Assembly (NCBI GenBank): GCA_002104945.1
Contig: MCFH01000049.1
Location: 62,001-126,000, forward strand
Origin: Piromyces finnis finn
Taxonomy: Eukaryota > Fungi > Neocallimastigomycota
Direction of reading: 5' to 3'
Length of the DNA stretch: 64,000 nt
Shown: piece after piece, positions 31,931-42,067 of the stretch
Layout: the number at the start of each line of letters is the position of its first letter
Position numbering within the stretch: the first letter of the stretch is position 1
Notes under the pieces: generated by a model
Told to the model about the DNA's origin: nothing
What the model saw: only the letters and a program-made list of their open reading frames with translations
The model's database searches: none
Made by a program: the position numbers and the translations under genes

Positions 31931-33172
31931 TCATAGTAATATATCCCTTTGATAAAAGTAAATATATTATCAAGTGAAAAATCGTGTATGAATTATCATT
32001 CTTTTTTTTTTTTTTTTTTTGTTGAACTTTAGTACATTGATTATTTCATTAATTATACATGATTATTTATTAATACTTTAAAAATATAATCTTAAAACAA
32101 AAAAAAAAAAAAAAAAAAAAAAATATTAAATATTAATATTTTGTGGGTTTATTAAATATATATACATATATTTACTTTAATTTATTTATTAAAAAAAAAA
32201 AAAAAAACTACACCAACAAATATTTTTTATTCTAATATTTTTCACTGATGTTATTGATATGCCTTTCTTTCTTGACATAAAATTATAAGAGTAATCAAAA
32301 TAATGTAATTATAATAATAATAGTATAACTTTTAGTTTTAATAGAAAATTATTATTAAAGGATTATTTTTTTTTAAAAATATTTTAAATAAATATAATCT
32401 TTTTTTACTATTATTTATTATTACTATGAATTATAAAAATATTTAATTTTTAAAATATAAGATGAATCTATTAAAAATAAATAAAATATTTTAATATATA
32501 CAAAACTTTTTATTTTAATGTTTTGTTAATGTTATATACATATGATTTTTTTAACCTTATCTTTATTCTTTTTATTTTTATTTAATTATTATTTTACAGT
32601 TTTTTTTAATATTTCTCTTTTTTAAATATTTTATTTTTTTATTTTATTTATATTTTTTATGTCTTTTTTTTTTTAATCATGAAAATTAAATTAGTAAGAT
32701 ATTTAATAATAATATCTTATTTGTTTATAGCAATTGATATAAAGCTTTTTTAAAGTATATCATTTATTTATTTACTAATTAAAAATTCAATTTTTTATAT
32801 CTCATTAACTGTAAAAAAAAATCATTTTACAACAAACTATATTAATATTCTGGTATTTCTTTTTAGATATTTATAAACCATCTTCTTCCTTTCTAGCTGA
32901 ATCTTCTAATTCAAGAGTTTTAAGAATTTTATCGACATAATCACAAACAGATATGTAAAAACCAATCTATTAAATATAATTTTTATTTATAAATAATAAT
33001 AAATTACAATAATATACAATGTAAATTTTATTTTATATATATAGCTTCTTTTTTTTATTTATTTATTATTTTTTATAATTTTATTAAGATCATTATTACT
33101 TACGTGAAGGGAAAAAACAATTAAATTTAATGCACCATTAATAAAAAATAATTTATATATGATATCCTCATT

Positions 33173-33954
33173 TGATATAATTTGATAATAATCTTAATTT
33201 TGAATTTTACTTCAAAAAGTGATTATTATATTATATCTTAAGTTATAACTATATAAGTTATATGGATTAGAATTTGAAATTGTTTTTATAAAGATTAATA
33301 AAATTGTTTTATTAAAAACACTAAATTGTTTTATTAGAAACACTCGTTTTTCTAATATTTAAATATTTAAAATTTTATTTAATTAATTATAAAAGTGATT
33401 ATTAAAATTATAATATTTCTTTATTAATAATAATAATAATGATTAAAATAAGAATATTTACATGTATTTATATTTTCTTTTAATTTTAAACTATTTACAT
33501 TAAAACAATAAAATTAATAACTATTTACAATAAAAGTAATTAGAAATAACAATAAAAGAAATAATTAAAAGTTAAAGAATATAAAAAGTTGTTTATTTTA
33601 CAATTAATTAAAGTAATAATTATTTTTAGTATTTTAATAAAAGTGTTTAATTATATTATTTTATAACATGAATTATTATATTTGTTTACTTTTAAAGTGT
33701 AATTTACTAACGAAGTTATTAAACATTTAATTTAACAATTAATTTAACAAAAGTTATATATTTTGATCTCGATTAATTAAAGTTTATTATTTTCTTTCAA
33801 TAATCAAAACATATGCAGTGTTTAGGATTAATTTTATTTAAGAATTTTGGTAAAGTACTTAATTAAACTATAACTTGTTTTAAGTTACTTTTAGGGTTAA
33901 CTTAAAAATCAGGTATAATAATAATTTTATATTTATTAATTTCATTATTTATCA
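33173..33954 (-). repeat. 3' LTR; 33353-33954 is identical to 39627-40228, 33173-33352 is unique
   Basis: 602-bp blocks read identical by eye. Confidence 0.85.
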
Positions 33955-33967
33955 GTTTCTCGGCCTT

Positions 33968-36900
33968 TTAAGAATTAACTTCGTCCCTTGAAGTTAAATT
34001 TTGTTCTGGTAGAACGTAAGGAAAAATATTTTTAATATGTACATTTCTATCAAGTAGTTTTCCTGTATGTGGATCTTCAAGTACAACAGTATTAAATTTT
34101 TGTTTATTAACAACTTTATAAGGACCATAAAAATAAGGATTTAATTTACTTCTTCCTATTAATCTTATCATAACATAATCACCTGGTTTATAAGTTTTCT
34201 TTAAAGCTTTGGATAAACCTATTCTATGTTCCCAATATTGATTAGCATGATTAGAATATTCAGTAGCTTGTTTTACCCATTTTTGATGCCTTAAAAATCT
34301 TCGAAAAATATATTCTTCTTCTGTTTCATTAGGATCTTTATAAATATCAGGAAACATTATTTCTAATGGCCATGTGTCTCTTCTACCATATAATAGTTCG
34401 AAACTACTAAACTTAGTTTTTGAATTTTTGGTGGTTCTAAGTGCCCAAAGTGCAGATGGTAAATATTCATCCCATTCGGATTCATTTTCAATTAAAAGTC
34501 TTAAAGTTTTTCCAATTTCTTTGTTTCTATTTTCAATCATACCATTAGATTGTGGGTGATGAGGAGAAACAAAATGAACCCATGATCCATATAGATCAAT
34601 CATCATTTTAGTAATATCAGACATAAACGAACTTCCATTATCAGTAACAATTATTTCTGGTGGACCGTGTCTTGTTATTACTTCTATTAAAAATTTTATT
34701 ACTTCTTCTGATTTCATATTTGGGATTGCTTTAGCTTCAACCCATTTGGTGAAATAATCAACAAGGGTAATAATATAAGAATTTCCATGTTTAGTAAGTG
34801 GTAATGGACCAACTATATCTAATCCGACTCTAGTAAATGGTTGTTCAATTGGGGTTATATTATCTTCAGTATTTTTAGGTAAAGGCTTAGGTCTACAAAG
34901 TTGACATTTTCTACAGGACTTTACCCACATTCTAACATCATTCCAAATACCAGGCCAATAATAAGATTTTAAAATTCTATTTGTGGTCTTTTCAGCACCT
35001 TCATGACCAACAGAATGAGCACGACTAATAATATCTTTTTTATCTTCATCTTTGTAAATAACTTTAAGATATAATTCATCTTTTTTATAATAAAGAGTAT
35101 TATCAACAACTTGATAATTTTTAGTAAAATATTTTTTTATTCCTTCAGGTAGGTCTAAATCTCTTGGATTAAAATCAGACAAAATTGCATAAGCACAATT
35201 TACTATTTCATCAGAATTTTTAGAAGGTAATCTTGAAAGGGCATCAGCAAAAACATTTTTCTTTCCTTTATCATATTTTAATTCAATTTTATATTTATTA
35301 AATTCTTCAATCCATCTTGCATGTCTACCTTTTGATGGAATATTCTTTTTATAAAATCCCAGTAATGGTTTATGATCAGTAATTAATATGGTAGGATTTT
35401 TATTACTTATAATATATTGACAAAATTGTAGAATTGCATAATAAATAGCTAATCCTTCAAGGTCAGTAACAGAATAATTCTTTTCTGAAGTAGATAAAGT
35501 ACGACTAATACAACAAATTGGATGTTCCAATTTGTCCCCCTCCACCTGTAAGAGTACAGCACCAATGCCATTAGTTGATGCATCAGTACGAATAATAAAT
35601 TCTTTATTAAAATCAGGATAACTTAAAATAGGATCACTTAATAGACATTGTCGGATATCTTCAAAAGCATTATTACATTCTTGTGACCAAATATATTCTT
35701 GGTCTTTCTTTAATAAATTAAAAAGAGAGCTTGCTCTAATAGAAAAATTTTGAATAAATTTGCGGTAGTAACTAGCTAAACCTAGGAATGATCTTAGTTC
35801 ATTAACATTTTTTGGAGCATTCCATAAAGCAATACTTTGAACTTTAGAAGGAACAGTTTTTAATCCGTTAGGTGTAAGTACATGTCCTAGTACTTCTACC
35901 TTTTCTTGAAAGAATTTACATTTTTGTAAATTAAGAGAAAGATTATATTTAGATAATATTTCAAAAACTTGTTGCAAATGATAAAGATGTTCTTCTGGTG
36001 ATTTAGAATAAACAACAATATCATCAATGTAAACAAAAAGACATTTACCAATTAATGGTAAGAGAATCCTATTCATTTCTCGCTGGAAAGTAGCGGGAGC
36101 ATTAGTTAAACCAAATGGCATTACTTTAAAATTATAATTACCAAATTTCGTTGTAAAAGCAGTTTTTTCAATATCATTTGGGTTCATAGGAATTTGGTGA
36201 TAGCCAGAGTATAAATCTAAAGCAGAAAATATTTTTGCACCATTAACAGAAGATATTAATTCATCAATAAAAGGAAGTGCATAAGAATCCTTAATAGTAA
36301 TTTCATTAAGTCTTCTATAATCAATACACATTCTCCATTTACCATTTTTCTTTTGTACAAGTAAAACTGGAAATGACCATGGAGAGTGAGAAGGAGTAAT
36401 TAAACCTTTATCAAGTAATGAAAGAATTTCACTTTTTAAAATATCAGCATGTTCCTTAGATAATTTATAAGGTTTTAATTTTATTGGTTTATTAGTAGTA
36501 GTAATTATAGAATGAGGTTCTAAATCCGCAGTAGTTAATTGAGACATTGATGTAGCCATACAATTTTTATATTTATTTATAATGTGTTCAAATTTTGATT
36601 TAATATTATCAGGTATTGAATTTAAGATTTCTTTTAACGTATCTTGAAATTCTTGGTTTTCTTCTTTTGAAATAATTATAGAATTCATTAAGGGAATATC
36701 ATTAGCATCATTATCATTACTATTGATAATGTTTGTAATTTTCTTTAAACCTTTTTTAGTTTTCTGGTATATATAATCATCATCAGGGTCAATAAATAAA
36801 CGGTATTTCTTTTGAATACCTCTTCCAAAAATTATATCAAAGTATGGATTACTTTGTTCAATAATATAAAATTTTTCTAAAATAGTACAACAATTATTAA

Positions 36901-37822
36901 TATTTATTTTTAAAGTAGTAAAAACATTTGTAGGAACAGTAGTACCATTAGCAATAGTTATATTTTGTTCCTTATCACTTTTTTCAATATTTTTATTTGA
37001 TAGTTTATTAAAACCATTTGTAGTAATGATATTGACATTTGCGCCAGTATCATAAAGAATTTTTAAATATTTTCCATCTATATCACCAATTATTAATGGA
37101 ATATTAGAGTTATTAAAGGAGTACATCACTTTTTCAACTTTAGGTTTACATCCTTGTTCTAATTCTTTTCTAAGCGATGGACTAGCAGAGAGTAATTGAG
37201 AAAGACTTATTTTTGGATATAAATTATTTGCTTCTTTAATTATACTAAATTTATCTTTGGTTTTTAACATTTGTATTTCTGTCATATTTCTTTTTGTAGT
37301 TACCTTGGGTTTGACAAGATTTTTCTTTACTTTTATATTATTAGTTTCATTATTATTTTTAAAAGTTTCTTCATTAGTAGAATTGTTAGAATCATTAATT
37401 TCAATAGGTTGGATATGTTCTTTTGTATTCGTAACTTCTTCTAAAGGTATTTCATTGGTATTATTTTGTTCTTCTTCACTTTCTATTTCTGTTTCTTCAT
37501 TTGGGATTTCTTCCATCTCTTCATCTTTATCTTCACTAATTTTTCTTCTACGAGTATCTCTAATATTCTTCTTTTGTTGTTTTAAATTCCTAATGTTGGG
37601 TTGGTTAAGTATTGAGGGTTTGACAATACTTTTATTATTTGGTGATATTTTATTTTTATCTAGTGTTTTAACATTTATTCTCTTCTTTTGAGCGGCATTT
37701 ATAGAATAATTATTTTCATTAGAGATATTAGAATTTATTTGGGCTTCTTGTACCTTTTGTGAATTGTTTGCAATTTTAGTTTTTATGGGAGATTGCTTAC
37801 TCCCATTATTTAGTTTAAATGA
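33968..37822 (-). CDS. pol: Gypsy Pol (aspartic protease, RT, RNase H, integrase); expressed by -1 frameshift from gag
   Basis: ILYDTGANVN, YIDDIVVY, IRTDAS, HSVGH...CRKC, GLDIVGPL, TDNGSSF, PQSNGMIE and GPY motifs. The frame stays open upstream of the tracked Met (37516) to 37822. Confidence 0.95.
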   Translation of the reverse strand, partial: SFKLNNGSKQSPIKTKIANNSQKVQEAQINSNISNENNYSINAAQKKRINVKTLDKNKISPNNKSIVKPSILNQPNIRNLKQQKKNIRDTRRRKISEDKDEEMEEIPNEETEIESEEEQNNTNEIPLEEVTNTKEHIQPIEINDSNNSTNEETFKNNNETNNIKVKKNLVKPKVTTKRNMTEIQMLKTKDKFSIIKEANNLYPKISLSQLLSASPSLRKELEQGCKPKVEKVMYSFNNSNIPLIIGDIDGKYLKILYDTGANVNIITTNGFNKLSNKNIEKSDKEQNITIANGTTVPTNVFTTLKININNCCTILEKFYIIEQSNPYFDIIFGRGIQKKYRLFIDPDDDYIYQKTKKGLKKITNIINSNDNDANDIPLMNSIIISKEENQEFQDTLKEILNSIPDNIKSKFEHIINKYKNCMATSMSQLTTADLEPHSIITTTNKPIKLKPYKLSKEHADILKSEILSLLDKGLITPSHSPWSFPVLLVQKKNGKWRMCIDYRRLNEITIKDSYALPFIDELISSVNGAKIFSALDLYSGYHQIPMNPNDIEKTAFTTKFGNYNFKVMPFGLTNAPATFQREMNRILLPLIGKCLFVYIDDIVVYSKSPEEHLYHLQQVFEILSKYNLSLNLQKCKFFQEKVEVLGHVLTPNGLKTVPSKVQSIALWNAPKNVNELRSFLGLASYYRKFIQNFSIRASSLFNLLKKDQEYIWSQECNNAFEDIRQCLLSDPILSYPDFNKEFIIRTDASTNGIGAVLLQVEGDKLEHPICCISRTLSTSEKNYSVTDLEGLAIYYAILQFCQYIISNKNPTILITDHKPLLGFYKKNIPSKGRHARWIEEFNKYKIELKYDKGKKNVFADALSRLPSKNSDEIVNCAYAILSDFNPRDLDLPEGIKKYFTKNYQVVDNTLYYKKDELYLKVIYKDEDKKDIISRAHSVGHEGAEKTTNRILKSYYWPGIWNDVRMWVKSCRKCQLCRPKPLPKNTEDNITPIEQPFTRVGLDIVGPLPLTKHGNSYIITLVDYFTKWVEAKAIPNMKSEEVIKFLIEVITRHGPPEIIVTDNGSSFMSDITKMMIDLYGSWVHFVSPHHPQSNGMIENRNKEIGKTLRLLIENESEWDEYLPSALWALRTTKNSKTKFSSFELLYGRRDTWPLEIMFPDIYKDPNETEEEYIFRRFLRHQKWVKQATEYSNHANQYWEHRIGLSKALKKTYKPGDYVMIRLIGRSKLNPYFYGPYKVVNKQKFNTVVLEDPHTGKLLDRNVHIKNIFPYVLPEQNLTSRDEVNS
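37785..37819 (-). other. -1 programmed ribosomal frameshift signal
   Basis: U UUA AAC heptamer in the gag frame, 6-nt spacer, stem ATGGGAG/CTCCCAT with an 8-nt loop. Confidence 0.85.
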
Positions 37823-38778
37823 TTATATTCATCATCTAATTCTGGACAATCATTCGTAGTATGACCTATTCTTTTACAATTTAAACAAACATTAATTTTT
37901 AGGTCAGCAAGCTTTTGAGTTATTTCTTTTAGTTCATCATCATTATTTTGTGGATATTTTAAGGTACTTCTTCTTTGCTCAACATTTTGACTAATATTAT
38001 TAAATCTTGGATAATTATTGTTATTATTATTGTAGTTATTATTTTGAATATTACTATTATAATTATTATTTCTGTAGTTATTAGTATAATTTCTATTATT
38101 ATAATTTTTAAAACTATTTTGGGTGGTATTATTATTATTCATTCGGTTATAACTATTAAAATTATTGGAATATGCTTTATCATTATTTCTTTGAGCATTA
38201 TTATCATTTGGAGATCTTCTAGAATTAATGGAAGTTCTTATTTTTGGTCTATTTTCTTCAACTATATTGAAAATTTTCTCTTTCTTGATAGTAATGTTTC
38301 TGGCTTCTTCTAAACTTTTTGGTTCAGCTTCTAAAAGTGCTTCGTAAGTTTTAGTAAGGTTTCTAAAAGCATTAATATAGTAGGACAATATGATTTCATT
38401 TGACATTTTTAAGTTTGTTTTATTTATTAAAGAGTCAAGTTTAATATTGAATTCAGATACACTTTCATTTTTCTTTATTGTAATAGTAGACAATTCTAAT
38501 AATCTAGAATTCTTTGGTACTGAACCTTTAAAATGACTTTTAAGGTTTTTGATGATGGTATTATAATCATCTGGTGTTTCTTTATTTAATGCATTAACTA
38601 CAATTGTTCTAGCTGTACCTGTAGTTAATGATATAAGGTATTCTAACTTTTCTTGTTCTGGTACCTTATATAAATTACACCAATGTTTGAAAGAAAATTC
38701 CCAATCATCAAATTCAACCTTTGTTGAACCCAAAATAGATATTCTATTAAAGGTAATACCTTTAGTAGTATTATCCAT
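37810..38778 (-). CDS. gag: Gypsy Gag (capsid plus CCHC zinc knuckle)
   Basis: 322-aa ORF upstream of pol with C-terminal CLNCKRIGHTTNDC. Confidence 0.92.
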   Translation of the reverse strand: MDNTTKGITFNRISILGSTKVEFDDWEFSFKHWCNLYKVPEQEKLEYLISLTTGTARTIVVNALNKETPDDYNTIIKNLKSHFKGSVPKNSRLLELSTITIKKNESVSEFNIKLDSLINKTNLKMSNEIILSYYINAFRNLTKTYEALLEAEPKSLEEARNITIKKEKIFNIVEENRPKIRTSINSRRSPNDNNAQRNNDKAYSNNFNSYNRMNNNNTTQNSFKNYNNRNYTNNYRNNNYNSNIQNNNYNNNNNNYPRFNNISQNVEQRRSTLKYPQNNDDELKEITQKLADLKINVCLNCKRIGHTTNDCPELDDEYNHLN

Positions 38779-39349
38779 TATTACTTATTATTTTTATTTT
38801 ATTTTATTTTATTTTATTTTAATATTCTATTTAAAAGTTCAATTTTTATTTATTCTCAATAATTTAGTTATAGGTACAATAATATGTTTTTATTTACAAT
38901 AGTCTTTATTTACAATAATATAATTTTATTTACAGGTATTTTATTTATTACTGTTATTAATAAAATATAATCTTATATAACGTTTATATAATGTAATATA
39001 AAAGGAGTAATTGGTTGTTGTTTGTAAACACTTGTAGACACTTGCTTTAGTTTTATTGTAATTAAGAAGATTTTATTTTTTTTTTGAGAAAATGTTAAGA
39101 ATATATTTTATTTATATTAAGTTATTTATATATTAGTATTGTTAAAAAAAATATTTAATTTAGAGTAGGATGTTTATTTTTATTTCTTTATTATAAAGCC
39201 GAAAATAATATTGATTATGTTATTATAGTACCTTCAGAGTACCCGACAGTTTCGTCACCGTGCCTTTCGACCTCCACTAACTAACCGTCATAAATATTAA
39301 GTGGTGTAATATTTACTTATTAGTTAGCGCTCTACTCCCCCACGATATG

Positions 39350-40228
39350 TGATAAAACTGCACTCTTACTAACTTACTATAAAACACTTTAATTATCTTA
39401 GTAATTAATTAACCGAAAAGATAAACAAAAGTTATTTTTCGCTGAAAATTAACTAAAAAGACAACTCAATATTATTGCTTTTATTATTTAAAATTTATAA
39501 CAATACTTTTAATTTTATTTGACCGATGATTATATTTTATAATTAAATAATTTTTATCTTTAATTTATAAATTATAATTATTAATTTATAATTATAATTT
39601 ATGTATTTCTTTTTCTTTTTTTTTTTTAATATTTAAATATTTAAAATTTTATTTAATTAATTATAAAAGTGATTATTAAAATTATAATATTTCTTTATTA
39701 ATAATAATAATAATGATTAAAATAAGAATATTTACATGTATTTATATTTTCTTTTAATTTTAAACTATTTACATTAAAACAATAAAATTAATAACTATTT
39801 ACAATAAAAGTAATTAGAAATAACAATAAAAGAAATAATTAAAAGTTAAAGAATATAAAAAGTTGTTTATTTTACAATTAATTAAAGTAATAATTATTTT
39901 TAGTATTTTAATAAAAGTGTTTAATTATATTATTTTATAACATGAATTATTATATTTGTTTACTTTTAAAGTGTAATTTACTAACGAAGTTATTAAACAT
40001 TTAATTTAACAATTAATTTAACAAAAGTTATATATTTTGATCTCGATTAATTAAAGTTTATTATTTTCTTTCAATAATCAAAACATATGCAGTGTTTAGG
40101 ATTAATTTTATTTAAGAATTTTGGTAAAGTACTTAATTAAACTATAACTTGTTTTAAGTTACTTTTAGGGTTAACTTAAAAATCAGGTATAATAATAATT
40201 TTATATTTATTAATTTCATTATTTATCA
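39350..40228 (-). repeat. 5' LTR (TGATAAA...TTTATCA terminal inverted repeat)
   Basis: Shares 602 bp with the 3' LTR. The inner boundary is inferred from the terminal inverted repeat and a nearby PBS-like TGGGGGAG. Confidence 0.75.
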
Positions 40229-40237
40229 CATTTTGTG

Positions 40238-40768
40238 TCGTTCCAGTTTTTATCCTGGTTGTTAAGGCGTTTCCTTAGCATACATAAGGCTTCTGATTCG
40301 ACCCCGCAGATGTCAGTGCCTGTGGATTTTCCCACTGGGTTTGCCATGGGTTGGGTTATGATATTCAGGTAAGTATAAATGAACTTTCTAATTTACTACT
40401 ATGATAATAACACTCGTCTAGCCGGCCTGAGAGGGTCTAGTGTACATGGTACATTCCAAATTAGAACTTAATAAGTGGTGACTTAGGCTATGCCAAAAAC
40501 ACATAATATTCCTTAATCAATTTAAGTGTAAACATTAGGGGGCGGTTGACACGTGATCCTCTTGACTATAAGAGGCTTAGCATTGTAGTTGTGAAATATC
40601 GTACAACGACATGCATCTAATGTACATGGATTAAGTGAGCGTCGAAGCTGAAGAAACAGTATGACAGACCAGGAGGGTCACAACCACCTAGCAATAGGAA
40701 TGAGCCAACGTTTCTCTAAGAACCACCATTGGAGCTAACTCTGATCGATGGGAGAAATGCACTCGGAA

Positions 40769-40799
<31 letters not shown>
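40238..40799 (+). mobile_element. SINE-like retroposon: tRNA-like head, unique core, LINE-related block, poly(A)
   Basis: TSD CATTTTGTG (40229-40237 and 40801-40809), 28-nt poly(A), tRNA-spaced D-arm, TTAGCAT loop and GATTCGACCC B-box, second copy at 30860-31047. Confidence 0.78.
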
Positions 40800-40803
<4 letters not shown>

Positions 40804-41989
40804 TTTGTGAAATCACCTTTATATCAATAATAAAAATACTAAAAGCAAATAATGCAATTATAATTGGAATTTGTAAAAGAATAACAAATCTAAAGATAGT
40901 TTTAGCTTTTTTCAATTTTTCTTGATTCTTCAACTTATAATAATGTTAAATTATAATTAAGTAATTTATATTAAAAATTTTTATAATTAGTTTAATTATT
41001 ATAATTTATTACTAATTCGTAAAAGGAAATAACATTACGTTTAATATATATAATTATTATACTTACTTTCTTGACGCTATAAAGAATAGATGAATTTACA
41101 ACAACGTTTATAAATAAAATAACACTAATTATCGTACCTTGAATATTGATATATGAAAAGAAAATTATGGCAGAAAGCATCTTTTTTTTTTTTAATTTAA
41201 TTATTTTAATTTGTAAGATTTCATACATTAAATTCGCAATTATATTATCTATTATTTTTAGAAAAATACTTACAATAATGTAATAAATAAAAAATATAGC
41301 ATATTCCTTTTTTACGAAAGGAAAACAACAACTTATAATGTGAAAGCTCATTTTCCTTTATTATTATTTAATATTATTTTATTGTTATTCTTTTTATTAT
41401 AAATAATTTTATTATTAAATTTTATATCGTTTAATTTTTTTTTTTTAAAATTTCAAAAATTGGAAATTATTTTTTTTTATATGAATTTCATTATTTTGTG
41501 TAACTTTTCAAATTTTTTCTTTTCAATTAAAATTTAAATTGTTCATATATTAATTCATTGGTAATTAATAAAACATAAAAACTTTAATAAATATAAAAAT
41601 GAATTGTAGAATAATCTTTAATTTATTTTTTTATTATTAATTTATAAATGATACATAAAAAATAAATAATAATAATAAAATAATAAGAAATAAATAATAA
41701 TATTTATAACTCATAATAATTAAAATGAATTAATAATACTGGTAAGAATGATAATTTATTATTTATTTTGAAATGTAAAATGAAGAAATTCATTGAAACA
41801 TTAGTTAAAAAGTAATGTTATAAAAGGTTTAATATAAATATTATTAATGATTATTTTTTTTTTATTATACTATATATTTATATTTAATAAATTAAAAGAT
41901 TATTCAACAATTCATTTTTATATTTATTAAGGTTTCTATATTTTTATTAATTACTAATGAATTAAAAAATATAAAATTACACAAGAATA

Positions 41990-42067
41990 ATGAGAATCTA
42001 CATTATTAGTCATATTAAAATTCTTGAATTAAAAAACTCAGCTAGTAAAGAATAAGATGCTTTTTAA
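41990..42067 (+). pseudogene. Four-TM family remnant G (promoter block joined to a decayed last exon)
   Basis: ...HIKILELKNSASKE*DAF*, followed by the family 3'-UTR hairpin at ~42084-42107. Confidence 0.6.

Larger units (their letters stand above)
33173..40228 (-). mobile_element. Ty3/Gypsy LTR retrotransposon, coding-intact, no chromodomain
   Basis: TG...CA ends, 4-bp TSD CATT (33169-33172 and 40229-40232), gag-pol in PR-RT-RH-IN order, purine-rich tract AAGGCCGAGAAAC before the 3' LTR. Confidence 0.95.
32871..41351 (-). pseudogene. Four-TM family copy F, exon 3 split by the Gypsy plus SINE insertions
   Basis: Exon 1 is MSFHIISCCFPFVKKEYAIFFIYYII. Removing 33173-40804 restores ...IDIKVISQNEDIIYKLFFINGALNLIVFSLH|gtaagt. 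The last exon is IGFYISVCDYVDKILKTLELEDSARKEEDGL*. Confidence 0.85.

Noticed and set aside
34374-38902. Plus-strand ORFs 34374-34559, 37257-37691, 37975-38313 and 38687-38902
   Set aside because: Antisense shadows of gag and pol.
40609-40799. Tail first read as the 3' end of the 30.8-kb/54-kb LINE
   Set aside because: The 11-bp TSD at 30849/31048 and the uninterrupted copy at 54620-54670 show it is a separate insertion.
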